This document shows positions 28,288 to 38,035 of a stretch of 64,000 bases of DNA, piece after piece. The DNA lies in NCBI GenBank assembly GCA_964547875.1, contig CAZJPE010000002.1, positions 42,130 to 106,129 on the forward strand, written 5' to 3'. The stretch is from Candidatus Woesearchaeota archaeon. Its GTDB lineage: Archaea > Nanobdellota > Nanobdellia > Pacearchaeales > GW2011-AR1. Made by a program: the position numbers and the translations under genes. The notes below the pieces were generated by a model. That model was not told the DNA's origin. It saw only the letters and a program-made list of their open reading frames with translations, and searched no databases. Position 1 is the stretch's first letter. The number at the start of each line of letters is the position of its first letter.

Positions 28288-29142
28288 TCATTCGTCTAGA
28301 GGAATTGTAACTCTTTTAGCAACTGCGCCAGGCAGAAATTCTTCTCCGCTTGGAATATATGTATTTGTATAAATTACGCGCGAACGCTTTGATACATTTG
28401 GACGCGAGCCGTGCAGCGTATTTCCGCTCATAAACATGGCTGCCCCTTTTTTGCCTATTATATTTACCTCTGTTCCCTTATATTTCTTAGGTATTTCTGT
28501 TATGTTGCCTGGCTGCTCTCCTTTTTGCTCGCGATAGCTTGTCTGAGGAGTAAAAGGCAGAATGCCTTCTTTGTGAGAGCCTGGATAAACAAATATTGGG
28601 CCATTTTCATTATCAATGTCATCTAAAAACAAGCCAGTTGTGATGTATAAGCCATATGGATTTTTAGTATAGGCATTATCCTGATGAACATTCCATGCCT
28701 GTTTAGCATATTGAGTATCTGGTTTTTTGAAAAGAATCATGCTCATTAAGCCGACATGTTCTCTTGGAATAAAATTATCCATGTGCCCTGTGGCAGAACG
28801 ACCATATTGCTTCATAATCTGCTCCTGAAGCTGATCCAATACCGAAACAATACGCCTGTCTTTCATTAGATTTAGCGCAAGTTCTGATGTTCCTTCTATT
28901 TCGCGCAGAACTTCTGGCGTCTTTTCTCTTGGGTCTTGTTTAGCTAATTTCGCCTTACTATGCATATTTAAAATACAGGCGTATTCAGACGTAGCATGAT
29001 GAGAGACTTTTTCAGTGATTTCATCACATTCTGCTGGGGAAAATAGATTTTCAACAACTAAATATCCATTATTGTTGTAGAAACCTATCTGATCTTCTGA
29101 GAGTTTTATGTCATTACCTCGCTTGTATATCAAATTTGTCAT
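28288..29142 (-). CDS. Phytanoyl-CoA dioxygenase (PhyH) family Fe(II)/2-oxoglutarate oxygenase
   Basis: 284 aa. HxD...H facial triad (NVHQDNAYT ... NTLHGS). A PhyH-type N-terminus. Confidence 0.75.
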   Translation of the reverse strand: MTNLIYKRGNDIKLSEDQIGFYNNNGYLVVENLFSPAECDEITEKVSHHATSEYACILNMHSKAKLAKQDPREKTPEVLREIEGTSELALNLMKDRRIVSVLDQLQEQIMKQYGRSATGHMDNFIPREHVGLMSMILFKKPDTQYAKQAWNVHQDNAYTKNPYGLYITTGLFLDDIDNENGPIFVYPGSHKEGILPFTPQTSYREQKGEQPGNITEIPKKYKGTEVNIIGKKGAAMFMSGNTLHGSRPNVSKRSRVIYTNTYIPSGEEFLPGAVAKRVTIPLDE

Positions 29143-29400
29143 TTTCTCTGATTATTAAATATGTATTTAAATATATCTATTTTTTTGAGTTAGGTTTTAA
29201 ATAATAACCCTGCTTTATTTTTTTATGGATTTATATCCAAAGATACTTGAGAATCAGATTAATGAATTAAATGAAAATTTGAAATCATTAAATAAGTCAA
29301 TCAATGAATTTTCTAGGACTTCTGAAGTGGTGATAGGGCTTCAAATTTACTTAACTCTTTTTTAGGACGATTGTCGCTAATTTAACAGCTCACTATTTTT

Positions 29401-30795
29401 TTAACTTGATTGAATAGAGGATTGCTTATACTTGTCAAAAACACGACACACATGAAGGGTAAATTCTCTTCCTGCTTCTGTGATTTCAATTGCCTTGTCT
29501 GAATAGCTCAATATTCCATCTTTTGCAAGATCGCCTAATTGTTCTATTTCTCTATTGAAATATTCGGGAAACTTGATATTGTAGGCTTTTTCTATAGTTG
29601 CGTAATCAACAGAGAAATAATTGCGCAATTTGCGTATAATATCTCTTCTAATTATATCGTCTTGGCTTAGTTTGTGCCCTCTGAAAACTGGAAATAAGTC
29701 TTTGTTAACGAGAGATTTATGCGACTCAACTCCATATATATTCTGAAAATAGAAATTTCCAAGCGTAGAGGCGCTATGCGGACCAACGCCTATTACATCC
29801 ACACTTCTTCCTGGCGTTGCGCCGAGTGCATTCCAATGCATTTTGCCTTCTTTTAATGCTTTGCCAATTGCATCTTCTATCTTTGTAAAATGTTCGTATC
29901 CTGCGCGCAAATATCCATTTTCTGTAAGCACTTTAAGCCCTTGCTTGAAAAGATGTTTTCTTTCTCTTGCATCAGGTAGACTATTTGGCCTTCCATTGCG
30001 CCCATCAATCATTATATTTTGATGCTGGGCAAATCTTGGGGCAAAATCCAAATAATTAAAGCAAACTCTATCAGGAGAAAGTTCTATTATTTCCTCAAAT
30101 GTCTTCCTTATACCATCTTCTGTCTGCAGAGGCAGCCCGCATATAATGTCAAAACTAACTCCGTTCTTAAAGAGTTTTCTAATATCTGGAGCAATCAAGC
30201 GCCTTACTAATTCTGATGGCTGCACTCTGTTGACTGCCCTTTGGACATTTATGTCAAAATCCTGCAATCCAAAAGAAACCCTATTAATCCCTTTTTCGTG
30301 ATAGTATTTCATTCTTTCCTCGCTTACAAATCTAGGATCAATTTCTATTGCAAACTCGTCTAAATTTTTTATGTTAGCTATAGGATTGATAGCATCAACT
30401 AAATAATCAAATTCTTCCTCGTCTAAGAACGTTGGCGAGCCTCCGCCAAGATGAACTTCAACAAAATTTGGGTTGATTGAATTTTCCTCAAAGAATTTTC
30501 TATATAAGCTTATTTCATTAGAAAGCGTTTTTAAATAATCTTTTGCCTTGTCGTGGTCTTTTGTAATCTCAAAATGGCATGTGCAAAAAAAACATGGCTT
30601 TGTGCAGTATGGGAAATGCACATATAATGTTAATGGTTCATCTTTTTGAATGCCGGATAATTGGCTTAGGGCTTCTTTAATATCTTTCTGGCTAAACTTT
30701 TCTGACCAAAAACTTTTATGAGGATATTCAATATACATGAACTCCTTAGAATTATGCTTTTCAACTAATGCATCTATTGTTTGATTTGGTTCCAT
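29401..30795 (-). CDS. HemN-like radical SAM enzyme (coproporphyrinogen III oxidase family)
   Basis: 464 aa. YVHFPYCTKPCFFCTC contains the CxxxCxxC cluster, followed by a HemN-type C-terminal domain. Confidence 0.8.
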   Translation of the reverse strand: MEPNQTIDALVEKHNSKEFMYIEYPHKSFWSEKFSQKDIKEALSQLSGIQKDEPLTLYVHFPYCTKPCFFCTCHFEITKDHDKAKDYLKTLSNEISLYRKFFEENSINPNFVEVHLGGGSPTFLDEEEFDYLVDAINPIANIKNLDEFAIEIDPRFVSEERMKYYHEKGINRVSFGLQDFDINVQRAVNRVQPSELVRRLIAPDIRKLFKNGVSFDIICGLPLQTEDGIRKTFEEIIELSPDRVCFNYLDFAPRFAQHQNIMIDGRNGRPNSLPDARERKHLFKQGLKVLTENGYLRAGYEHFTKIEDAIGKALKEGKMHWNALGATPGRSVDVIGVGPHSASTLGNFYFQNIYGVESHKSLVNKDLFPVFRGHKLSQDDIIRRDIIRKLRNYFSVDYATIEKAYNIKFPEYFNREIEQLGDLAKDGILSYSDKAIEITEAGREFTLHVCRVFDKYKQSSIQSS

Positions 30796-30871
30796 CTTTT
30801 CTTTCGTTAAATTGCAATTTTAATTGAATATATAAATTTTGTGATGTTTAACTTGTTTAAAGAAGTATGCT

Positions 30872-32197
30872 TTATAATGTGGCAAGATTATTCTCCTTTA
30901 ATCTTTTCTGCAATTCCATATAGTTCTCAATTATCTCTTTCTCTGAAAAACTTCTGTCCCATGGAGTCTGTTTTGCATACCTAAATGTAAGATTTGGCGT
31001 TTCATTGCTATACCTACCAATCATGTGCATTGTTTTATTCCAGTCTGTATTTATCCACTCTATGCCAAATCTCTCTGGATGCTCATAGACCTCTGTTCCA
31101 GGCCTTAGAGTAAATAAAGAGAGATAAACCATTTCAGGACTTGTCTCTTCAATAAACTGCCATGTCTTTTCAACTATGTTTTCGGGCTCTGCAGGAAGCC
31201 CCATTATCAAATAAAGCCTTGTTTCAATTCCGCTCTCTTTCAGATGCCTAATTGCTAATTTTGATTCTTCAACATTTATTTTTTTATTTATTAAATCCAA
31301 AGATTTTTGCGAAACACTTTCTACGCCCATGCCTAAGGATACACATCCTGATTCTTTTGCCAGTCTTGCTAATTCAGGAGTTATTCCATCAACTCTGCAC
31401 TGCCCCCGCCATTTTATTCCTGTGCTGGCGATTGCTTCCAAATGTGATATTGCTCTTAAAAGGTTGAGTGGAATACTTATTTCATCAGACATGCTTATCG
31501 CGCGAATACCATATTCTCTTTTTAGATACTCTATTTCTTCGCTTATAAATTCAGGCCTTCTAAATCTAATTCCTGGCGCATAATCTCTCATTTGAGGAAC
31601 TGCGCAAAAAGAACAATTATACGGGCAACCCCTGCTAAATACAGTTGTTGTGCTCAGCAATTCGCCATAATCCTTATTATGCCTTGAATTCAAGAGACCT
31701 TTTCTAGCAACTGAAGATTGAGGGATATACTTTCTCAATGGAAATGGATAATCGTTTATATCCGTCTTTTCTTCCTGATGATAAACTTTCTTCATGCCAG
31801 AACCATTAAAATCCTGCAATGCTTTTATTATTGATTCTTCTCCTTCTCCAAGAATAATTGAATCAAAATTTTCTTGAGATTCTTTTGGGAATAAATTGAC
31901 ATGATAGCCTCCAGCTATGTGCTTTGCCTTCGGATATCTTTCTCTCAGCGCTTTTACTAATTGATTTTGCTCATCCCAATCAAGAGTATAAACTGAATGA
32001 AGGTATATGTCACATTCTGGAATATGCTTCAAAGTGAATTCTTTTTTTATTCCGCGTAAGTCAATCAATTGCGCGTTTACTTTATTTTCCAATCTTGATT
32101 CTATTATGGTAAGCAAATGAAAATGCGCATGCGGATCTCCTTTGAACGGATCAAATAGATAATCGCTTGTTGGATTAATGAATCCTAATTCCAGCAT
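30872..32197 (-). CDS. Class B (B12-binding-domain) radical SAM enzyme
   Basis: 441 aa. About 190 aa N-terminal Rossmann-like domain ending in ILGEGEES, then SRGCPYNCSFC (CxxxCxxC). Confidence 0.8.
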   Translation of the reverse strand: MLELGFINPTSDYLFDPFKGDPHAHFHLLTIIESRLENKVNAQLIDLRGIKKEFTLKHIPECDIYLHSVYTLDWDEQNQLVKALRERYPKAKHIAGGYHVNLFPKESQENFDSIILGEGEESIIKALQDFNGSGMKKVYHQEEKTDINDYPFPLRKYIPQSSVARKGLLNSRHNKDYGELLSTTTVFSRGCPYNCSFCAVPQMRDYAPGIRFRRPEFISEEIEYLKREYGIRAISMSDEISIPLNLLRAISHLEAIASTGIKWRGQCRVDGITPELARLAKESGCVSLGMGVESVSQKSLDLINKKINVEESKLAIRHLKESGIETRLYLIMGLPAEPENIVEKTWQFIEETSPEMVYLSLFTLRPGTEVYEHPERFGIEWINTDWNKTMHMIGRYSNETPNLTFRYAKQTPWDRSFSEKEIIENYMELQKRLKENNLATL

Positions 32198-32226
32198 GAT
32201 TATAATTAAATTATTTAGTTTATAAA

Positions 32227-33174
32227 TTATTCTGAAAGAACATTTGTTTTATACCAATCCATTGTCTTTCTTATTCCTTCATCTAACGATACTTGTGGCT
32301 TCCAATTAAAACATTCCTTTGCTTTTGATGAATCAAGAGCAAGATTTGTCTTAATTGTCGGCTTTGATATGTCATATTCAATTCTTATTTTTTTTCCTGA
32401 AAATCTTATTATCTTTTTTACTAATTCTTCTATGGATGTATAACTGCCAGAGCCAACATTGAACAATTCAAATGGAGAATCTTGCTTATCTATGGCTAAT
32501 TCTATTAATTTAACTAAATCTGAAACATGCAATAAATCCCTTTTTTCCTCTCCTGTGCCCCAGACTTTTATTGCGCTGCCCTCTTCTGCTTTCATCACTT
32601 TTGTTATTGACGCGCCAAAAACATGGGATCTTTCCAAGTCAAATTTATCATAAGGGCCGTAAATATTGGATTGGCGTAAAATAGTATGCTTTGTTCTTCC
32701 TTGTTTGGAAAAGAACTCGCACATTCTCTCTATGTATAATTTTGTATTTGCAGAGCCAAAATAAACTGGATGTATGTCAACCTTATCTGTTTCTTTTATT
32801 AGAGTATCTGATGAAGGGTAAACAGTAGATGAGCTTGGAAAAATAAAATGTTTTACATGATTATCAAATGCTGCCCTTAAAAGAAGGGAATTAATTATTG
32901 CATTATCTGTTATATGAATATGCGGAGATGTGAAAATCTTTCCAGCTCCGCTTGTGTTGGCTGCCATTTGCACTATAACATCTTTGTTTTTAGTAACGCG
33001 CTCAACATCCTCTTTATTTGTTAAATCTGCCTTGATTAACTCAATCTCCATATAAGGACAAGAATTGAGATAAGTTCCGCATATTTCATAATCTTCTCTT
33101 TGAGAGAGATATTCAGCTACATTTCTTCCTATAAATCCTGTTGCGCCGCAGACTAAAATTTTTTTCTTATTCAT
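32227..33174 (-). CDS. NAD-dependent nucleotide-sugar epimerase/dehydratase (GDP-fucose-synthase-like size)
   Basis: 315 aa. ILVCGATGFIGRN Rossmann motif and extended SDR fold. Confidence 0.8.
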   Translation of the reverse strand: MNKKKILVCGATGFIGRNVAEYLSQREDYEICGTYLNSCPYMEIELIKADLTNKEDVERVTKNKDVIVQMAANTSGAGKIFTSPHIHITDNAIINSLLLRAAFDNHVKHFIFPSSSTVYPSSDTLIKETDKVDIHPVYFGSANTKLYIERMCEFFSKQGRTKHTILRQSNIYGPYDKFDLERSHVFGASITKVMKAEEGSAIKVWGTGEEKRDLLHVSDLVKLIELAIDKQDSPFELFNVGSGSYTSIEELVKKIIRFSGKKIRIEYDISKPTIKTNLALDSSKAKECFNWKPQVSLDEGIRKTMDWYKTNVLSE

Positions 33175-33886
33175 TTTTTAGTTCTATTATACTATATTTA
33201 GTAGCATCTTTCATGCGAAATCTTTCTGGACGGCCTTCAAAAATAATGTTTTCAATAGCAGGATTACGACATGCTTTATAAATTCTTGCTGCAATATCAT
33301 GACGATTCATTCCATATTCATGCTCTGGTTTTGTCTTTACTCTTGTTAGATAAATCCCGATTAAATTGATATTATAATCTCTAGCCTCTGTCCTTAAGCT
33401 ATCTGTAAAACCGCGCAATCCACATTTTGCAGCAGATGAAACGCTTCTTGATTTTTTCGGTTCTATCGCAGTAATAGAATTAATATTCACTATAGTGCCT
33501 TTATTTTTTGCTTGAAACAAAGGATAAACCATTTGCGTTAGTCTTATAGGGGCATAAAGACTGACTCTTATTAAATCGTCAAAATCTTCATTGCTAATTT
33601 TCTCAAATGGGACACCTGGGCAACGCTTCGCAGCATTATTAATTAATATGCTTATATTCTTCTCTTTTGCAATTGTATATAAGTCATCAAGTGTGCTGTT
33701 ACTTCGCAAATCGCCTTTAATGCAATAGCAATCCATTCCTTTTTCTAATATTTTTTTTGATACTTTTTCCAGTTCAGATTCTTTTCTTGCGTGAATAATA
33801 ATATTATAATTATTATTAGAAAATTCTAGAGCAATGGCCTCTCCTATTCCATTGCCAGAGCCTGTAATCAGAATTGTTTCTCTCAT
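33167..33886 (-). CDS. Short-chain dehydrogenase/reductase (classical SDR)
   Basis: 239 aa. ILITGSGNGIGEAIA (TGxxxGIG) and NNAA motif. 8-bp overlap with the downstream gene. Confidence 0.85.
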   Translation of the reverse strand: MRETILITGSGNGIGEAIALEFSNNNYNIIIHARKESELEKVSKKILEKGMDCYCIKGDLRSNSTLDDLYTIAKEKNISILINNAAKRCPGVPFEKISNEDFDDLIRVSLYAPIRLTQMVYPLFQAKNKGTIVNINSITAIEPKKSRSVSSAAKCGLRGFTDSLRTEARDYNINLIGIYLTRVKTKPEHEYGMNRHDIAARIYKACRNPAIENIIFEGRPERFRMKDATKYSIIELKNE

Positions 33887-33937
33887 TTTATTGACTTAAA
33901 ATCTACTTTTATAAGCATTTATGTAGTAAATTTTAAA

Positions 33938-35770
33938 TTAAGAAGCCTTAAGAAGATCATATAATCCCAAACTATTAAACCGCGTTGACCAAAATTCTGA
34001 TTCATTTATATATTTTTCTGCTAGATTTCTATTTATCCTGGCTTTTTCTTTCTTGCCAAGTTTTTCTCTTATAATTGCAAGATATAAATTCCCCAAAGGA
34101 TTATCTTCGCTTCTTTTTTCGCATATTTCTTCTAGCCATTTTTCTTGCAATGCCAGCTTTATTGGATGGCTCTCATTAGCAAGATTTTGATAATTTATGT
34201 AGTAATCTGTAAGAAACCAAATATCTTTCAATTCAGCTCTTGTTGGAACATATTCTCTCGGCTTGTCTAGAAGAATATTGAAGAATCCTACGGAAGAAGT
34301 TTTTCTCTTTTTCTCGTACTCTCTCGCCGCAACATTTCCAAAACCATACATGAATCTGCTTTGTGAAGATTCTTCTACAATGCTGCCTGTTTCCATCTGC
34401 TCGGCCTCTTTTATTTTTCTTGCCATGTCTGTTTGAGGAATTGGAAGAGCCACATGGATGCTATACCAATCAAGGTGCATTTTATTAGCCAATCCTATTG
34501 TGTTCCATATTTGGCCTAATGTCTCTCCAGGATAGCCTATAATCAAAAATCCCTTTGAGAAAATATTTGGATGATATTCTCTCATTATTTGGGCAGCCTC
34601 TACATACTTGTGTATGTTTCCTGGCTTTCGCATCTCGTGCAAAATTTTTGGATCTCCCGATTCAAGTCCAAAGCTCATTCCAATACATCCAGAAGCTTCT
34701 GCAAGTTGCGCCACATCTCTGTTAAGAAATGCCGCAATAACTCCGTTTGAAGCATCCCATGTCACTCCCAAATTTCTTTTTGCCATTTCTTCAAATAGCT
34801 TTTTTACATGTCTCGTATCTGAAATTAAATCGTCGTCCAACCATACTAGATGTTTTACTCCGTATTTGTCTCTCAAGTCCTCTATTTCGCCTATTACGCT
34901 TTCTATTGATCTACGGCGCACGCCTTTCCCATTAAATTCTCTCACAGAGCAGAAATCGCAATGCGCGATACATCCTCTTGTTGACGATATAGTGCTGCAT
35001 CTTATGTCCTCGCCGCGTATCCATCTTCCGTATACTCCGATCTTTCCTATTCTTGAATAATCTCCAATAGGCAAATTCTGCCAATTTGGATACTTGCTTA
35101 TTATTTCCTCAGAAGGCGTATCTCGTTTATCAAGCGAGACGAAATTGTTATCTATTAATGTCGCGAGTTGCGATAATCTGCTCGCGTCAACTTTTTTGTT
35201 TATAAAATCTATCATGTCAGGAAAACTATTATCTGATTCAAAAAGCGAGACAAAATCTATGCTTCCTTTTGAATTGCGAAGTGTTTCTTCTGCTGCCAGA
35301 GCAGGATAACCGCCGCCCGTAATTACTGGTATTTTTGGATTGTATTGCTTGACATAATCTGCCAATGCTTTTACTTCTGGATAATTCATTGTAAACATGC
35401 AGGATATTCCAACCAAGTCTGGCTTGAATTTATCAAGTCTTTCATGAAAAATTCCTTCCCATATTGTATTAAAATTAAATTCTCCATTTGAGTCGTAAGC
35501 CTCTCTTAATACTTCATAATTCATGTCCAGCAATTTTGTTTGATAGCCTCTTTCTTCCAGCGCCCTAGATAAAAGGGCTATATTATACGGCTGATAGCAT
35601 GGATAGTTTCCTATCTTTGCGATTTTGACATCAAAAACATCTCTTGTCGTTTGAGGGGGATTAACTAAAAGGATTTTCCTAACGCTATTTGGAAATTTCT
35701 CACTAAGCTCGCGAGTAATTTTCTCTTTTGCTGAATAATCTGTTTTGTTAAGCAGTTTTAGTTCTAGCAT
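33938..35770 (-). CDS. Class B (B12-binding-domain) radical SAM enzyme
   Basis: 610 aa. N-terminal KILLVNPPQ B12-like domain, STRGCIAHCDFC (CxxxCxxC) at about residue 265, and a long C-terminal extension. Confidence 0.8.
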   Translation of the reverse strand: MLELKLLNKTDYSAKEKITRELSEKFPNSVRKILLVNPPQTTRDVFDVKIAKIGNYPCYQPYNIALLSRALEERGYQTKLLDMNYEVLREAYDSNGEFNFNTIWEGIFHERLDKFKPDLVGISCMFTMNYPEVKALADYVKQYNPKIPVITGGGYPALAAEETLRNSKGSIDFVSLFESDNSFPDMIDFINKKVDASRLSQLATLIDNNFVSLDKRDTPSEEIISKYPNWQNLPIGDYSRIGKIGVYGRWIRGEDIRCSTISSTRGCIAHCDFCSVREFNGKGVRRRSIESVIGEIEDLRDKYGVKHLVWLDDDLISDTRHVKKLFEEMAKRNLGVTWDASNGVIAAFLNRDVAQLAEASGCIGMSFGLESGDPKILHEMRKPGNIHKYVEAAQIMREYHPNIFSKGFLIIGYPGETLGQIWNTIGLANKMHLDWYSIHVALPIPQTDMARKIKEAEQMETGSIVEESSQSRFMYGFGNVAAREYEKKRKTSSVGFFNILLDKPREYVPTRAELKDIWFLTDYYINYQNLANESHPIKLALQEKWLEEICEKRSEDNPLGNLYLAIIREKLGKKEKARINRNLAEKYINESEFWSTRFNSLGLYDLLKAS

Positions 35771-35815
35771 CTTTTTTCTCCTTAATTTAGATATATGTTT
35801 TATTTAAATCTCTTT

Positions 35816-38002
35816 CTATACTAATTGTTTCGCTTTAATAGGCGCGCATGAATATATATAATCTCCCTTTTTGTTTCCCCACCAAATTACTCTTCTTGCC
35901 CAATCTTCCCACGAATCCCATTTGTCATTGGTTCTGTTTATCGCATAATTAAATTCTCCTTTTTCTATCTGGATTTTTTCTGCTACTAAGCCTGCCTTGT
36001 AAATATCTAAAACATTATAATTCAGAGTTATTATTTTATCTTGTGTATTGAAAGGCATTTTAAGCAACTCTTTATTGAAACGGATAGCATCTGATAGGAC
36101 CGAGTTCTCCTTATAGCCTTTTTTTTCTAAAAGATATTCTAAATTTGCCTGGGCTTCTTTGTAGAACGCATCAAGTTCTCTTTCTGTTGCAAGCTTGATT
36201 AAAGCATACTCATCTGCTGGCCACCATATATTCAGCCATCTTTTGGAATGAATATATTCTGCTCCTCCATTTTGAAGATTTCTGGCATGCCCGGAAAATA
36301 AATCGCTAATCTCTTGCGTAATCGGAGTTTTTCTTGGATTTTCTATAAAAGTGTCTGCTATTTCCTTGTAGCTGATTCCATATTGCGTATTCAACAAAAT
36401 GTTTGGGAGTTGTAAGAGCTTGTCAAAATGCAAAAAAGCGAGCATATAACCAAAGTTTCTCGCCTTAACCCAATCTTCTCTGGGCATTGTGTTAGTTCCT
36501 ACAACTAATTGCTGTTTTTCATAGATATTATCTGCCCATTCTCCCAAACTTCCATGAATATTTATCATGTCAGATTCTGCTATTTCTATTCCATATTTTT
36601 CAATATCCTCTGTCATGGGCGCATTTGGAAGTATTGATAAATTGTTGAATTGTATCCTATTATGCTGACCATTTTCTATGAGAGTTGAGACTCCTCTTGT
36701 AAAAGTTTCATATGTTTCCAAAGGCAGTCCTAATATAATATCTGAAAATGTCGTAACTCCTTCTGTTGTAAACCTTTTTTGCAACTCGTGATATGTTGAA
36801 AGTTTTATATTGCCTCTTTTTATAGCTCTAAGAGTTGGTTCATGAAGAGATTGAAAAGCTAAAAGGACGCCTTTATCCAGACCGCTATCATTAAGCACTT
36901 TCTGAATTCCATATGACACCTCTGTTGAGTTTTTGGTATTTTGTACAGAAAATCTATGCGGATAGCCATAATTTCTTTTATTTTCTGCAAAACGTTTCGC
37001 AATAGCTAAATCCCTTTCTTTGTACAGACCAAAATTAGCATCGCAACAATAGACAAATTCTATCTTATTTCTGCTAAACCAATCTATCTCTTTGAATATC
37101 CTGTTTTCCAAATCGTAATCTGCCATTCTCTTTGTTGATGCAATTCCCCAATCACAGAAACTACACTCAAATGGGCAGCCCCTATTTGTTTCAAAAAGAG
37201 CATTCCACTGTTGATCAGGATTTGATTTAATTAATTCATCGAAATATCCTGTTAAATAAGGAGAAGGAATTGTATTCAGATCCTCAACCCTTTGTTTTTT
37301 TAGGCTTTCTATAATCGGATCCAGTTCTCGCCGTTTTTTAAGAAATTCATCTGTGCTTAGATTTTTGACATGGGTTACATATAGTTTTTTTAAATCTTCT
37401 GGGCTTTGTTCTTCAAGATATTCTGCACTATATATTTTTTTTAGGTATTCCTTGTACTTATTTAACAAATCTTGCATACTTAACCCTTCATTTGTATAGA
37501 CAAACCTTTTCTTTTCATCTAAAAATGCCAAGGAGGGTACAGCTTCCCAATTGCCTGAAGGATAATTTTCCAAGAAGGATTTGAAAGGCCTTTCTCCTTC
37601 TCCAGGGGAGGCGAAATCAACAAAAGGATATTTTCTTAGAAGAGCTTCCAAACCTTTTTCTTTAGTATCGGGAACGTGGCATCCGCCAAAAAGAATAATT
37701 GCATTTGGATTCTCTTCTTTTATTCCTTTTGCTATTGCCTTTGAAATCTCAAAATTCCAGACATAAGTGCTGAAACAGGCGATATTGGAGCCAGATAAAT
37801 GCTCAACTGCTTTTTCAATTGATATTCTTTTATAAATTGGACTTGAGAATTCAAAATCATCAAAATTCCTTGCATGTCTCTGCGCATAAGAATGCAAGAA
37901 TCCCAACGAGAGCGGCAGATAATCCTGTCTATCAAAGCTATTATTAATCTGCACCATACCCACTTTTATCTTTCTCTTTTTCTCTTTTTGCATTGTTTCC
38001 AT
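35816..38002 (-). CDS. Class B (B12-binding-domain) radical SAM enzyme, large
   Basis: 728 aa. N-terminal KIKVGMVQIN B12-like domain, NRGCPFECSFC at about residue 275, and a roughly 350 aa C-terminal extension. Confidence 0.8.
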   Translation of the reverse strand: METMQKEKKRKIKVGMVQINNSFDRQDYLPLSLGFLHSYAQRHARNFDDFEFSSPIYKRISIEKAVEHLSGSNIACFSTYVWNFEISKAIAKGIKEENPNAIILFGGCHVPDTKEKGLEALLRKYPFVDFASPGEGERPFKSFLENYPSGNWEAVPSLAFLDEKKRFVYTNEGLSMQDLLNKYKEYLKKIYSAEYLEEQSPEDLKKLYVTHVKNLSTDEFLKKRRELDPIIESLKKQRVEDLNTIPSPYLTGYFDELIKSNPDQQWNALFETNRGCPFECSFCDWGIASTKRMADYDLENRIFKEIDWFSRNKIEFVYCCDANFGLYKERDLAIAKRFAENKRNYGYPHRFSVQNTKNSTEVSYGIQKVLNDSGLDKGVLLAFQSLHEPTLRAIKRGNIKLSTYHELQKRFTTEGVTTFSDIILGLPLETYETFTRGVSTLIENGQHNRIQFNNLSILPNAPMTEDIEKYGIEIAESDMINIHGSLGEWADNIYEKQQLVVGTNTMPREDWVKARNFGYMLAFLHFDKLLQLPNILLNTQYGISYKEIADTFIENPRKTPITQEISDLFSGHARNLQNGGAEYIHSKRWLNIWWPADEYALIKLATERELDAFYKEAQANLEYLLEKKGYKENSVLSDAIRFNKELLKMPFNTQDKIITLNYNVLDIYKAGLVAEKIQIEKGEFNYAINRTNDKWDSWEDWARRVIWWGNKKGDYIYSCAPIKAKQLV

Positions 38003-38035
38003 GATAATTTTTCATGTTATGCCTTGTTTATATAA

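Noticed and set aside
29225-29368. 47-aa plus-strand ORF (MDLYPKILENQINELNENLKSLNKSINEFSRTSEVVIGLQIYLTLF) in the 258-bp gap of the radical SAM operon.
   Set aside because: It is short, low-complexity, on the opposite strand to the operon, and has no recognisable motif. It could be a coiled-coil micro-protein but is more likely chance.
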